Below, one piece after another: positions 52,201 through 63,227 of a stretch of DNA of 64,000 bases. The stretch is from NCBI GenBank assembly GCA_038321985.1, contig JBBQFN010000001.1:320001-384000 (forward strand), read 5' to 3'. Each line of letters opens with the position of its first letter. Position 1 is the first letter of the stretch. Origin of the DNA: Cyanophyceae cyanobacterium. Lineage in GTDB: Bacteria > Cyanobacteriota > Cyanobacteriia > Cyanobacteriales > Laspinemataceae. The position numbers and the translations under genes were made by a program. Below the pieces are notes generated by a model. It was not told the DNA's origin, made no database searches, and saw only the letters and a list, made by a program, of their open reading frames with translations.

Positions 52201-52521
52201 GAAAGTTGGCGATCGCGAAAACCTTAAATTTTTCAGAGTGTTGAGTTGGGGGGCGCAATCGATGAATGCTAGAGCTGCTCAACCCATCTCTTTGATTGGG
52301 ACAACGAACCCCAATTTACCCATCCCGTATTCTACTATAGGCCCGTCTAAATGTATTGGATAATTCCTCAAGGTCAGAAAGCTCCAGACTGTAGGAGAGG
52401 CAGTTCATGTACTACTCCTGCGGGAATGATTTAAACTGGCCTATATCGCGAGTTGACTCTGATATAGACCCTAACCTTTCGCGATCACGAGACCCTGTAA
52501 ACTGAATTGGAAGCAATTGGT

Positions 52522-53418
52522 ATGGCAAGAACAATGAACCCTTCTCCCACATTTGATTTTGAGGATGAAAAATTCAAGGCACCCCCATCTAAACTGTTGC
52601 CTTGGTGTCAGATGATTAACCCCAGATTGCATCTGGATGGACTCAAGCCTTATGGGTTAGCTATTAAGCTGGATCAAGTGAATGCATCCGGGTTTACCCC
52701 GGATGAAAATTGGCAGCCTGTAGAACATGAGTTTAGTACCGGAGCACTGGAAACTCTGCTGATCACAACGACTCCCAGAATCCTGATCATTCGTCGAGGT
52801 CCGCTTTGTTTGAAGGACAGAATGAGTGGGGATATATTGGGACGGTTCTCGGATTTTTCGGATGAATTTAAAGCCGATCGCCCCAAATATAAAACTTTTA
52901 CCCGGTATCTGATTTTTTTGGTGGGAGAAAATCAAAAATTGCTACATAAAACTCCGTTACGGTTGACCTTAAGTGGCTCGGTAGGAGCCGGTTTTGGAAT
53001 TGCCTACCGTTCCTCAAAAATGGGTCAATTAACGGGATTTACCGCCGAGTTGGAACAGGCGTATGCGGATTTTCGGAGACAACCCATTGCACCGAAAGGC
53101 CCATTATTCCACGCCCATGGGATTTTTTGTCCTATGTTTGAGGCGGTGGAAAAAGGAGTGGGGAGCGATACGGCATGGGTAGCGGATACAGCGGATTATG
53201 AACATCCCACGGCTAGCAATTTAGCAGATTACATGATTCCGTCTAATTCAGAAGAGTCTAATTTGGTTTGTGAAACTTTTGAGGAATATAAGGACTTTGG
53301 TCAAGAAATTGTGAAAGTAGGGGGGCCAAAGCTGGAGACGTCAAACCCGGGGAACGCGATAGATAGTAGTGCTTATGCTTATGAGGATGAGTTTGAGTAT
53401 CCGGAACCCCCTTATTAA
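52522..53418 (+). CDS. DUF5895-like conserved cyanobacterial protein
   Basis: FDFEDEKF..PPS..LPWCQMINP and RYLIFLV......LH..PL.LT; acidic tail. Start 52522 or 52534. Confidence 0.65.
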   Translation: MARTMNPSPTFDFEDEKFKAPPSKLLPWCQMINPRLHLDGLKPYGLAIKLDQVNASGFTPDENWQPVEHEFSTGALETLLITTTPRILIIRRGPLCLKDRMSGDILGRFSDFSDEFKADRPKYKTFTRYLIFLVGENQKLLHKTPLRLTLSGSVGAGFGIAYRSSKMGQLTGFTAELEQAYADFRRQPIAPKGPLFHAHGIFCPMFEAVEKGVGSDTAWVADTADYEHPTASNLADYMIPSNSEESNLVCETFEEYKDFGQEIVKVGGPKLETSNPGNAIDSSAYAYEDEFEYPEPPY

Positions 53419-53509
53419 GAAAATTAACCAGGGTTAGGTCCCGGAAAATACCCGGGGGAGAGGGGAAATTGAGGCGATCGCCGGGGGGATGATGGGATAG
53501 GCGATCGCC

Positions 53510-53989
53510 CTATTTTGGCTCATCAACGGGGAGATTTTCGGTTTGTAGACCCGTGGCATATTTGACTTTGGTCCCGGCCAAATAAGCCCCCCACAAATTG
53601 GCTCCATCTAAAGTGGCAAAACTGAGGTCCGCCTCGGTTAAATCGGCCATTTTCAAATCTGCATTTCGTAAATCGGCGCGAGTGAAATTGGCACCGGAAA
53701 GATTCGCTCCATCGAGTAGAGCCTTATTCAAATTAGCGCCTTCTAAATTTGCTCCATTGAGAGAGGCTTCTACTAGATGAGCACCTTCTAAATTGGCCCA
53801 ACTCAAATTAGCTTCAGCTAAAGATGCCTGCCGGAGATCCGCACCACGAAGATCGCACCCACTTAAGTTTGCTCCATTCAAGTTGCACTGACTCAGGTCA
53901 ACTTGTTGTAAGTCAGCTTTGCTGAGGTCGATTTCGGGAAAGTTTCGGTCTCCTGCGGTATAGCGATCGATGAGTTCTTTAACGTCCAT
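53510..53989 (-). CDS. Pentapeptide repeat protein
   Basis: ELIDRYTAGDRNF followed by A(D/N)Lxx repeats. Confidence 0.92.
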   Translation of the reverse strand: MDVKELIDRYTAGDRNFPEIDLSKADLQQVDLSQCNLNGANLSGCDLRGADLRQASLAEANLSWANLEGAHLVEASLNGANLEGANLNKALLDGANLSGANFTRADLRNADLKMADLTEADLSFATLDGANLWGAYLAGTKVKYATGLQTENLPVDEPK

Positions 53990-54195
53990 ATTCTATCCCT
54001 AAGAAAGCAGCCTAACTCACTCCTCAGTCTACAAGCAAGGGGACATATTTTTAAGGAAGTTTAAAGGCGATCGCCTTAATTTTCCAGGATGTAGGCAAAT
54101 CTTGACAATTAACCTTAAATATAGGGGCGATTAGTGAATCTTCCCTAGAACAGATAGAACGAATGCGTCAGTGCTCTTTCCTCCTTTGTTCATCT

Positions 54196-54672
54196 TTACG
54201 TCGTTTCGGTCCATTGAGAATAGGGATAGGTAGATAAATTGATGTTAAAGTAGCGCGGGTCATCGGAGACTTCTTGACCAATCCACTCCGGCAATTCAAC
54301 CGCTTGATTTTCGTCGGTGAGTTCGACTTCAGCGACAATTAAACCTTGATTTTCTCCAAAAAATTCATCCACTTCCCAGAGTAACTCTCCCAATTTAATT
54401 TTATATCGGTGTTTTTCAATTAAAGGGGGATTACACAAGTTTCCTAACATGAATTGAGCATCTTCTAGGGGAATCGGGTACTCAAATTCCGCGCGAGAAT
54501 TGCCCTGGGATGGACCTTTAATCGTGAGATATCCTTGCGGACCGACAATTCGTATCCGCACAGTCCGACCCTGACTATTGGCAATATAGCCTTGACGATA
54601 GGGAGTACCTATCCCGAGCGATCGCCATGCTTCATTTTTAACTAAAAATTTCCGTTCAATTTCTGTTGCCAT
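54196..54672 (-). CDS. CYTH domain protein
   Basis: EIERKFLV, QGY, VRIR, LTIKG, EFEY, WEVDEF and AEVEL motifs. Confidence 0.93.
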   Translation of the reverse strand: MATEIERKFLVKNEAWRSLGIGTPYRQGYIANSQGRTVRIRIVGPQGYLTIKGPSQGNSRAEFEYPIPLEDAQFMLGNLCNPPLIEKHRYKIKLGELLWEVDEFFGENQGLIVAEVELTDENQAVELPEWIGQEVSDDPRYFNINLSTYPYSQWTETT

Positions 54673-54782
54673 TTTTAGGAATACCCCATGGGATTTTCAA
54701 AATTCTATTTCAAATTAGCCCGCAGCGTCGAAGCGCGGGCTTGGTCCGGATAGCTTCCCGCCTTGAGGTTGAGGGAATTTAT

Positions 54783-55754
54783 TTAATGCGTCGCCAGAAA
54801 GGCGTCCACTTCTTGAGGAAGCGGTTGGGCGGCGATCGCACCCGGTCGAGTTGTCGTTAATGCTCCGACTGCCATTGCATATTTAACTACTTCTTTGGCC
54901 TTACTGGGATCTTCTAAATATTTAACTCCATGAGTACAAACTTGATGAATAAACCCTGAAACAAAGGCATCTCCCGCCCCGGTTGTATCTATAACATCCA
55001 CTGGAAAACTAGAAATAACCCCTTCATTTTCCCCTAGACAATAGGTGCAATTTTTATCTCCAGCGGTGACGAGAACCCCTTCTACATTACCCAGACGATA
55101 CTTAATTGCACCCGCATCAATAGTATCAAACAACCACTCTGCTTCATCATCAGAAATTTTTAAAAAATCAACCCGTTTTATTAAAGATTCAATGATTTGT
55201 TTAGATTCCGAAGGGTCCGACCAAAACATATCTCGACGATTCACGTCAACGGCAATTTTTACATCATATTGTTCGGCCATTTCCAAAGCTCGAAACACCG
55301 CTTTTCTGGAATCAGGGAATGCCAGTTCTAAACTGCCGATAACCAGAAAATCGGCATTAAAAAACAATTCATGAGGTAACTGATTAGCTTGGAGGTGAGT
55401 ATCGGCAAATTCCGTGGTATCCAGTTCCCCAAACCCGGCAAAGCTGCGATCGCCGTCTTCCGAACGCACCACATACACCTTTCTCGTTGGGGCACTCTGA
55501 TGACGCTGCACCCCCGTACAATCAACGCCGATTTCCTTCAGCAGACTCACCAATTCATCTCCGGGTTCATCTTGTCCCACACAGCCAATAAAGGCGGCAG
55601 GAGTGCCCAATTTCACTAACCCAGAGGCTACATTCGCCGGTGCACCTCCCGGGTAAGGAGTCCAGGACTCAACCTCCTCATAAGATTGACCAGGGCGATC
55701 GGCCAAACAGTCGAACAAAATTTCCCCCAAACACAAAACGCGTGGATGAGTCAT
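54783..55754 (-). CDS. PfkB-family carbohydrate kinase (fructokinase-like)
   Basis: GGAPANVA, D.N.R and DTTGAGDAF motifs. ATG 55754 preferred. Confidence 0.92.
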   Translation of the reverse strand: MTHPRVLCLGEILFDCLADRPGQSYEEVESWTPYPGGAPANVASGLVKLGTPAAFIGCVGQDEPGDELVSLLKEIGVDCTGVQRHQSAPTRKVYVVRSEDGDRSFAGFGELDTTEFADTHLQANQLPHELFFNADFLVIGSLELAFPDSRKAVFRALEMAEQYDVKIAVDVNRRDMFWSDPSESKQIIESLIKRVDFLKISDDEAEWLFDTIDAGAIKYRLGNVEGVLVTAGDKNCTYCLGENEGVISSFPVDVIDTTGAGDAFVSGFIHQVCTHGVKYLEDPSKAKEVVKYAMAVGALTTTRPGAIAAQPLPQEVDAFLATH

Positions 55755-55890
55755 TACTTCACTCCTAGATTTCAACATACGATCCAGCTTACAGGGTACA
55801 AGAAATCTAACCTCTCTCTCAAGTCAGGGATTGGTGACTCTCAAAGCGGATTGAATGCAGAAAATAGGTTTTAAAATTAATTTTTAGGGT

Positions 55891-56436
55891 TTATTCTTGA
55901 TTTTTGGTCTCTTGAATTCCAGCGGCAATCCGTTCGCCAAATTCTGGATCGATATTAGCCAGGGAGAGCATTTGTAAATACTCTTGTTTGGTCAATCCAG
56001 CTGCCTCGATCGCAGCGATCGCAGCGGTTTCAATTTCCCCTTCGATTCGTTGTGACTCTAGGGAGGTTTGGGCCGATAGGAATTCTGGTTGTCGGCCATC
56101 AATTTGACGCAATACCTCTAAATAAGCCCCAACAAACTGAGAGACTTTAGCGGAGGGAATCGTATTTGTGTCGAGGGTTGGCCGACTGGGAGAGGAGTCG
56201 GAGATAGGAGTTGGCAGCGTCAATGATTCCAGACTCTCGGAGGCACTCGCCCCATCCATTCCACAGAACAAGACCAAGGTAAGTATCCCTAAGATTGCCA
56301 CCCATTGCGGCCAGGTTTTAGATAAAAATTTAGGAATAGGAATAATTAAATTTCCAATTCTTTGACTCATCAGTGATTGAATTTTATGAAAAATTTTACC
56401 TACATTCATAGTTTTATAACTCCCTTGATTCATCAT
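55891..56436 (-). CDS. DUF4168-like exported protein
   Basis: TM/signal segment, KVSQFV.AYL.V and IE..GLT..EY.Q...LAN.DPEF.ERI. Start uncertain. Confidence 0.65.
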   Translation of the reverse strand: MMNQGSYKTMNVGKIFHKIQSLMSQRIGNLIIPIPKFLSKTWPQWVAILGILTLVLFCGMDGASASESLESLTLPTPISDSSPSRPTLDTNTIPSAKVSQFVGAYLEVLRQIDGRQPEFLSAQTSLESQRIEGEIETAAIAAIEAAGLTKQEYLQMLSLANIDPEFGERIAAGIQETKNQE

Positions 56437-56525
56437 GGCTTTATCCCCTCATCCACTGGATAGTTTCCCACACTTCAGACCAAATTTGCCAGGATGGGGA
56501 GTTGTCGTGGCGCGACATAGGTAAG

Positions 56526-56760
56526 GTTTAGGAGGATGCGTCAGGTTAACCTGTTATAGGGCAATCGCCATCAATTCTGGGTCTGACACAGTCTACAGCT
56601 AAAGTTTGGGAGGATGCCTCCGATTAACCCGTTAGGGGCGATATCGCCATCAATTTTGAGTCTGACCCACCCTACAGCTAGAGTTTGGGAGGATGCCTCC
56701 GGTTAACCTGTTATGGGGCGATATCGCCATCAATTCTGGGTTTGACACAGCCTACAGCTA
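56526..56760. repeat. Three tandem 78-79 bp repeats upstream of pedR
   Basis: Units GTTT(A/G)GGAGGATGC...ATCGCCATCAATT...CTACAGCTA start at 56526, 56604 and 56683. Confidence 0.88.
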
Positions 56761-56897
56761 CTTTTCCAGCTTCTCTCATTTTCCCCATTTCCCCGCCTCC
56801 AGATTATTAAAAGACAAGATAAACCGGAAATCTCTGAGATTTAAGACAGATTTCCGATAGAATCATTACAATATAGGTAGATATACAGAGATAGGAA

Positions 56898-57236
56898 ATG
56901 CTTATGGCTGGCGGGGAGTCTCAGACCCATGTAACCCTTTCGGAACGAGAGCTACAAGTGATTGAACTGGTAGCATCTGGTTTAACCAATCAGGATATAG
57001 CAGAATCGCTAGAAATTAGCAAGCGGACAGTTGATAACCATATCAGCAATATTCTGAACAAAACAAAAACTGCAAACCGCGTGGCCTTAGTGCGATGGGC
57101 CTTGCAGTCTGGTAAAGTTTGCATAGATGATGTTAACTGCTGTACCTTACCGCAATTAACCGACGAAGAAGAATCCGAATCAGAACCCATTCATGAATAT
57201 AGTGAAAACGCTCAAGAGATTGAAGACCTAGGCTAA
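56898..57236 (+). CDS. pedR: Small LuxR-type redox-responsive regulator (PedR-like)
   Basis: LSERELQVIELVASGLTN..IA..L.ISKRTVDNHISNIL.KT...NRVALVRWAL..GKVCIDDVNCC, including the three C-terminal cysteines. Confidence 0.85.
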   Translation: MLMAGGESQTHVTLSERELQVIELVASGLTNQDIAESLEISKRTVDNHISNILNKTKTANRVALVRWALQSGKVCIDDVNCCTLPQLTDEEESESEPIHEYSENAQEIEDLG

Positions 57237-57248
57237 GCGATCATTAAA

Positions 57249-57515
57249 ATGGAAGAGTTAAAAACTCAGGGAACCGAAGACAATTTGGTTCAATATGAAA
57301 TTCCAGGACTGCCATTCACGGTGTATCAAGAACTGGCAGCACATCTGCGGCAGGTTCAAGGGGTAGAGGTTGAACTGATTCCTCAAAGCGCCGCAGTGTT
57401 TAATTATCAGGACAGCCAAATTGCCGGCCTGTCGATCCAGTATGGACCGGACCCGGAACCGATGGCAAGTCAACGGGTGGAACAAATCCTAGACTATTAC
57501 CGCGATCGCCGGTAA
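57249..57515 (+). CDS. Small conserved protein
   Basis: GLP..VY.ELAAHLRQV.GV...F.Y..SQI...RVEQIL.YY; lies between pedR and hisS. Confidence 0.75.
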   Translation: MEELKTQGTEDNLVQYEIPGLPFTVYQELAAHLRQVQGVEVELIPQSAAVFNYQDSQIAGLSIQYGPDPEPMASQRVEQILDYYRDRR

Positions 57516-57567
57516 TCTTACTTGGATCATTTTATCTGGGAAAACAGCAGCAATCGAAAAGTAAGCA

Positions 57568-58857
57568 ATGGGCGCAATTCAAGCATTACGAGGAACCCGA
57601 GATATCCTGCCTACGGAGATAGGATATTGGCAAAAAGTAGAAGCCGTTGTCCGAGAAATCCTCGGTAAAGCCAGCTATCGAGAAATTCGGACGCCGGTTT
57701 TTGAACAGACGTCCCTATTTGAGCGTGGCATCGGGGAAGCGACAGATGTCGTGGGTAAGGAGATGTACAGTTTCCAGAGTCGGGGAAAAAAACCCTATTC
57801 GATGACTCTGCGTCCCGAAGGCACTGCCGGAGTAGTTCGCGCCTATATTGAGCAGAAACTGCACGCGGCAGGGGGAGTGCAGCGGTTGTGGTACACCGGA
57901 CCGATGTTCCGCTATGAACGACCCCAGGCGGGACGGCAGCGCCAATTTCATCAAATCGGGGTAGAAGTCTTGGGGAGTGCGGACCCCCGTGCAGATGTCG
58001 AGGCGATCGCGATCGCCTCGGATATTCTGCAAACCTTGGGACTGAAAAACCTGCATTTAGATCTAAATTCCGTCGGTAATAGCGAAGATAGACAACGCTA
58101 TCGAGAGGCCTTAATTGCCTATCTCACCCCCTATCAAGCCGAATTAGACCCCGATTCTCAGGACCGACTGACGCGCAATCCCCTGCGAATTTTAGACAGT
58201 AAAGACAAACGCACCGGAGAAATTGTCCAAGATGCACCGAAGCTGGGAGACTATCTGTGCGAAGCCTCTCAACGGCATTTTGAGCGCGTCCAAAACCTGT
58301 TAACCCAGTTAGGAATTCCCTATCAGTTGAATCATCGCTTGGTGAGGGGATTAGATTATTACAGTCACACGGCTTTTGAAATCATCTCCGATGATTTAGG
58401 TGCACAGGCAACGGTCTGTGGCGGTGGACGTTATGATAATTTGGTCAGCCAATTGGGGGGACCGGATACCCCTGCCGTCGGCTGGGCGATCGGGTTAGAA
58501 CGGTTAATTATCCTATTGCAACAACTGGATACCCTTCCCAATATTCCTTTAGATTTTTATATTGTTTCTCGGGGTGAAGCTGCGGAAGAGAATGCCTTAG
58601 TTTTGGCTCAGAAATTGCGTCATGCCGGGTTTAGCGCCGAAGTCGATTTAAGCGGTAGTGCTTTTGGGAAACAGTTCAAACGAGGCGATCGCTCAGGTGC
58701 CGCTGCTTGTTTGATTTTAGGGGATGAAGAAGCACAGAATCAGACGGTACAAATCAAATGGTTAGGAACCGGAGAACAAAAGGCGATCGGGCAATCGGAC
58801 CTTTTAGCCAACCTTGACGAATTACGCCAACAATTGAAAAGCACCAATCCCCAGTAA
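57568..58857 (+). CDS. hisS: Histidine--tRNA ligase
   Basis: RGTRD, LRPEGTA, FRYERPQAGRQRQFHQ, LVRGLDYY and GGGRYD motifs. Confidence 0.98.
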   Translation: MGAIQALRGTRDILPTEIGYWQKVEAVVREILGKASYREIRTPVFEQTSLFERGIGEATDVVGKEMYSFQSRGKKPYSMTLRPEGTAGVVRAYIEQKLHAAGGVQRLWYTGPMFRYERPQAGRQRQFHQIGVEVLGSADPRADVEAIAIASDILQTLGLKNLHLDLNSVGNSEDRQRYREALIAYLTPYQAELDPDSQDRLTRNPLRILDSKDKRTGEIVQDAPKLGDYLCEASQRHFERVQNLLTQLGIPYQLNHRLVRGLDYYSHTAFEIISDDLGAQATVCGGGRYDNLVSQLGGPDTPAVGWAIGLERLIILLQQLDTLPNIPLDFYIVSRGEAAEENALVLAQKLRHAGFSAEVDLSGSAFGKQFKRGDRSGAAACLILGDEEAQNQTVQIKWLGTGEQKAIGQSDLLANLDELRQQLKSTNPQ

Positions 58858-58859
58858 TT

Positions 58860-59190
58860 GTTGTGAGGAAATTATTCCCGGCACCGGCATACACTAAATC
58901 ATTTCCCTTATCGCCAAATAGCACATCGTTCCGGCTGCCACCGACGAGGGTATCCTCTGTTTGTCCGCCACGAAGGGTATTATCTCCGGCTACCGTAAAC
59001 AGGATATCATTGCCTTGATTCCCTCCCATTCATAAAATCATTGCCGAGTCCGCCAACTAAGGTATCCTCTCCTAACTCGCCATAGAGTTGATTATTGCCT
59101 TGATGGGCAAGAATGTAATCATTTCCTTGTCCATCATGCACTCAGTCATCCCCGGGACCGGCATCTATGAAATCATCACCTTGATTGCCA
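58860..59190 (-). pseudogene. RTX (hemolysin-type Ca-binding) repeat fragment
   Basis: GNQGDDFIDAGPGDD*...GELGEDTLVGGLGND / GNQGNDIL...GDKGNDLVYAGAGNN nonapeptides with one TGA and one frameshift. Confidence 0.8.
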
Positions 59191-59250
59191 GGGTTATCCC
59201 GTTGTCAAGGCTTCTGAGCTATTATCACATAAAATAGCATTTGTCAAGTG

Positions 59251-59544
59251 TTAAAATAAATCATCAAAAGACGGGGGGAAATCGACTGGGGGCGGGACCT
59301 GGCGATCGGCGTACTCAGAAGGGGGGCGATCGCTACTCCAGGCCCACCAAACACAACCACAGTTGCTACACTCGTAAAACTCCTGCCATTTGCGACGGTG
59401 GTTTTCCGTATAAACCGGCGATCGCCGATTAATCCAAACCCGCTGTGCCTGCATAGACGTAGCGTGGCAGGAAGGGCAGTCGAACTCGTGTGAGTGAACT
59501 GCCTTCGTTGTCCATTCCGGTGGAATTGGCTCAAACGCTTCCAT
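59251..59544 (-). CDS. Small putative zinc-ribbon protein
   Basis: CPSC...VWINRRSPV...RKWQEFY.C..CG..WWAWS.DRP. Confidence 0.8.
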   Translation of the reverse strand: MEAFEPIPPEWTTKAVHSHEFDCPSCHATSMQAQRVWINRRSPVYTENHRRKWQEFYECSNCGCVWWAWSSDRPPSEYADRQVPPPVDFPPSFDDLF

Positions 59545-59736
59545 GTCTTAAACTTCACTCATTAAGATGGCCGATAGCTGCCCTAATATTCCCTGAGTAG
59601 GTGGGGGAATTTTCCCCATCTACTCCAAAGGAGGAACGAATCACACTATCGTATTCTATTGTAGGATGCCCTGGGCTTTTCTTTGCGAGTTCTCCCAAAC
59701 TCTAAAATACCCAATCTTAACCCTAATTTTCCTCTT

Positions 59737-60345
59737 ATGGATCCATCATCCGAAATTTTCCGCTTGTTAGACATCATGCCTGCATCCGGGCGCATGATGT
59801 GCAAAATCGTCAATAAACCCCAACAATCCACGGCGATCGAGAGTTCATTTCCTCTTCCCTGGGCGAGTGAAAGACCGATTTATATTAATTTTGACCTGTG
59901 GCGCAAATTATCCCGACCTCAGAGAGATTTACTACTTCTAAGAACCGTAAGCTGGCTGTTAGGAGTTAGATGGTTTAAACCCGATTTATATCAAGGCGTC
60001 GTTGTGGCCGGATTGTTAGGTACTATCGTAGAACTGGTTCAAGGGGATGCTGTTGGAATCGTCACTGCTGGAGGTTTAACTGCCCTCGCCGGGGCTCAAA
60101 TTTGGCGAAGCACTCACCGTAGCGATCGCGAAATTGAGGCGGATCAATCGGCGATTCAAATTGCCCTGAGAAGAGGATATAACGAACCTGACGCCGCCAG
60201 ACATCTTCTCAGTGCGATCAAAACTGCCGCTACCTTAGAAGGAAGACCGAGTTTAAATTTCATGGAACTGATCCGCACTCAAAACTTACGGGCGATGGCC
60301 GGAATTTCTGCCGTAGGTATTCCCCAAGACGGAATTCGAGAGTAG
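59737..60345 (+). CDS. DUF3318 family protein
   Basis: RLLDIMPASGRM, I.INFDLW..L...QRDLL and EADQ.A...A.RRGY motifs. Confidence 0.8.
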   Translation: MDPSSEIFRLLDIMPASGRMMCKIVNKPQQSTAIESSFPLPWASERPIYINFDLWRKLSRPQRDLLLLRTVSWLLGVRWFKPDLYQGVVVAGLLGTIVELVQGDAVGIVTAGGLTALAGAQIWRSTHRSDREIEADQSAIQIALRRGYNEPDAARHLLSAIKTAATLEGRPSLNFMELIRTQNLRAMAGISAVGIPQDGIRE

Positions 60346-60488
60346 GGAAAAGCATAAAATATGAAACTAAAAATTCAGAAACTGGGTTTCTTATTTTATT
60401 TTTGTTTCCCTGTCAAAAATTAGGACAGAAACCCGGTTTGTTGGCACATCACCTGTAAGTCTAGGAGAGTCATTCAGTCCAAAAATTT

Positions 60489-61493
60489 TTATAAGTGGGA
60501 GGGTTCGATAACTTCCCGAATCCGATAAATCGGGCGTTGCTGAGATTCGTGATAAGTTCGCATCAATAATTCAGCCAATAACCCAAAACTAAACAATTGC
60601 ACCCCACCCAAAAGCAGCACTACGGCCAAAATCAGTAATGGGCGATCGCCAATACTTGCCCCAAATCCCAGTTTGAGAATAGTTAAATACAATCCCAATA
60701 AAAAGCCTAACACCATAGAAATAATCCCGAACCCTCCAAAAACGTGCATAGGACGGGTGAGAAACTTCTTCATAAAGAATACAGTTAATAAATCCATCAA
60801 GACGCGAATGGTTCGGCCTAATCCGTACTTGCTTTGACCAAATCGGCGAGGATGATGACGCACAGGAATTTCGACAATTCTGGCCCCTTCAATAAACGCT
60901 AATGCCGGTAAAAATCGATGCAACTCTCCGTAAAGATTCATATCCGCTACTATTTCCTTGCGGTATGCTTTTAAAGAACAGCCATAGTCATGCAATTTTA
61001 CCCCGGTTACTTTGCCAATCATCGCATTGGCAATTTTGGAAGGAAGCAAGCGAGTCAGGGTCGCATCTTGACGATTTTTACGCCAACCACTGACTAAATC
61101 ATAGCCTTCATTTAACTTTGCCACCAATTCGGGAATATCGGCTGGATCATTTTGCAAGTCCCCATCCAAAGTAACAATAATCGGCGATCGCGCACATTTA
61201 AAACCCGCTGCCATTGCCGCAGTTTGACCATAGTTACGGCGCAAAATCACTGCTACAAGGTCATTTCGTCTGAGTGCTTCTTGTTTGAGTACGGCGGTGG
61301 ATCCATCAGTGGATCCATCATCTACACAGATTAGTTCATAATTGAGTTGAGCTTCGGTAAGGCAGTCGGCGATCGCACGGATCAGGTGAGGCAGACTCTC
61401 TACCTCGTTATGAATGGGGACAACCACGGATACATCTAAGGAGGAAAGCGTCGATGGGATGTGGAAAGGTTGCAAAGCCGGTGAAGTTTCCAT
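60489..61493 (-). CDS. GT2 glycosyltransferase (ArnC/DPM1-like)
   Basis: SVVVPIHNE, VDDGSTDGS, RNYGQTAA, DGDLQNDP and HDYGCSLKAYR; two C-terminal TMs. Confidence 0.93.
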   Translation of the reverse strand: METSPALQPFHIPSTLSSLDVSVVVPIHNEVESLPHLIRAIADCLTEAQLNYELICVDDGSTDGSTAVLKQEALRRNDLVAVILRRNYGQTAAMAAGFKCARSPIIVTLDGDLQNDPADIPELVAKLNEGYDLVSGWRKNRQDATLTRLLPSKIANAMIGKVTGVKLHDYGCSLKAYRKEIVADMNLYGELHRFLPALAFIEGARIVEIPVRHHPRRFGQSKYGLGRTIRVLMDLLTVFFMKKFLTRPMHVFGGFGIISMVLGFLLGLYLTILKLGFGASIGDRPLLILAVVLLLGGVQLFSFGLLAELLMRTYHESQQRPIYRIREVIEPSHL

Positions 61494-62075
61494 TAATCTG
61501 TAATAATCAAACCCAATAGTAGTGTTTCCCTTGGGCCTAAAATCCGTAAGCAAGTGGAATCAATCTGAATTCCAGGAACAGCGAACCCCAAGGACCAAGG
61601 ATCTATTATGACGGCTTTATCCAGTTTTTGAAAGGGTCGATAATTTTATCCCATTAAAACCGGGTCGTCTGTTAGGGCGATCGCATCCCAGTTTAACTGT
61701 CTAAAATCTTTATCCTCCCGTTGAATTCGGCGATTCTCCTCCCGGCTATTTTGGGATAGATTTTACCCCAAAATAAAGCATTTAAGGAGAAGCCATAAAA
61801 TAGCAGATAAAGTTTTGATTTGGATTAGCTTGGATTATTTTTCTATTAGTATAAAATTTGCTTAATCCAGTTAATAGAATTAAAATTAAACCTAGGATAA
61901 AAAATTTGATACCCAATTCAATGAATTGAATAATAATTTTAAGGGAGAGCATCTTGCTCCCGTCAACCCTCTCTTGCAGAAGATTTTCCCTGCTTTTTCC
62001 TTACGTTCTTAAGTCATTAAATCCGGATAATTTTCCTAAATTTACCGCTTTCAGTTGTTAATTAATTCTACTCTC

Positions 62076-63227
62076 ATGACGTTAAACTCTGTTGATACTA
62101 TTCTGGATCGCGCTTTAGATGGAACCGATATTTCTCCAGCCGAAGCGGCGATTTTGCTTCACCAAACTGAGCCTAAACAAGTAACGACTATTGCCCAGGT
62201 CGCTGACGAAATCCGTCAAAAACAATCGGGCGATACGGTCACTTATGTTATCAATCGCAATATTAATTTTACCAATATTTGCGAGCAACATTGCAGTTTT
62301 TGTGCGTTTCGTCGCGATGCAGATGAAGAGGGAGCTTTTTGGTTAGATTGGGGGAAAATCCTGGAAAAAACCACCGATGCAGTGCAGCGCGGTGCTACGG
62401 AAATTTGTATGCAGGGGGGATTGCACCCCGAGGCCAAAATTGAAGGGAAATCTCTGCCTTATTATCTAAAGCTGGTGGGGACGATTAAAAATGAATTTCC
62501 CCACTTGCACTTACACGCTTTTTCCCCCCAAGAAGTGCAGTTTATTAGCCGACAAGACCAGATTAGTTATGAAGAAACGATCGCCGCGTTGCAAGAGGCG
62601 GGAGTCGGTTCAATGCCGGGAACCGCAGCCGAAGTGTTAGACGATCGCGTGCGAAAAATCATTTGTCCTGAAAAAATTAATAGCGAAACTTGGTTAGAAA
62701 TTGTCAGTACCGCCCATCGCATGGGATTATCCACCACAAGTACAATGCTGTGTGGACAAATTGAAACCCACGAGGAACAAATCGAGCATTTAAACAAACT
62801 GAGATCACTTCAACAAACCGCCTGCGATCGCAACTATCCCGCCCGAATTACCGAATTTATTTTGCTGCCCTTTGTAGGACAACAAGCGCCCGCACCTTTG
62901 CGCCGTCGCGTCGGTCGAGATCAACCGATTCTCGCCGATACTTTGCTGCTGACTGCGGTTTCGCGGATCTTCCTGGGAAACTGGATTCCTAATCATCAAC
63001 CGAGTTGGGTAAAACTTGGATTAGACGGGGCGACAAAAGCCCTAAACTGGGGATGCAACGATATTGGCGGAACCTTAATGGAAGAGCACATTACCACAAT
63101 GGCCGGTGCTAAAGGAGGAAGTTGTATGGAACCCGAAACCTTACAAGCGGCAATTACCGCGATCGCCCGTCCCTACCAACAACGAGATACCCTCTATCAC
63201 CCCATAAGTGCCCCTTCATGCCCTTAA
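62076..63227 (+). CDS. cofH: FO synthase subunit CofH (radical SAM)
   Basis: [37 protein letters not shown] and [13 protein letters not shown]...AG motifs. Confidence 0.92.
   Translation: MTLNSVDTILDRALDGTDISPAEAAILLHQTEPKQVTTIAQVADEIRQKQSGDTVTYVINRNINFTNICEQHCSFCAFRRDADEEGAFWLDWGKILEKTTDAVQRGATEICMQGGLHPEAKIEGKSLPYYLKLVGTIKNEFPHLHLHAFSPQEVQFISRQDQISYEETIAALQEAGVGSMPGTAAEVLDDRVRKIICPEKINSETWLEIVSTAHRMGLSTTSTMLCGQIETHEEQIEHLNKLRSLQQTACDRNYPARITEFILLPFVGQQAPAPLRRRVGRDQPILADTLLLTAVSRIFLGNWIPNHQPSWVKLGLDGATKALNWGCNDIGGTLMEEHITTMAGAKGGSCMEPETLQAAITAIARPYQQRDTLYHPISAPSCP

Noticed and set aside
56526..56760. CRISPR array
   Set aside because: Whole units repeat with scattered substitutions; there are no unique spacers.
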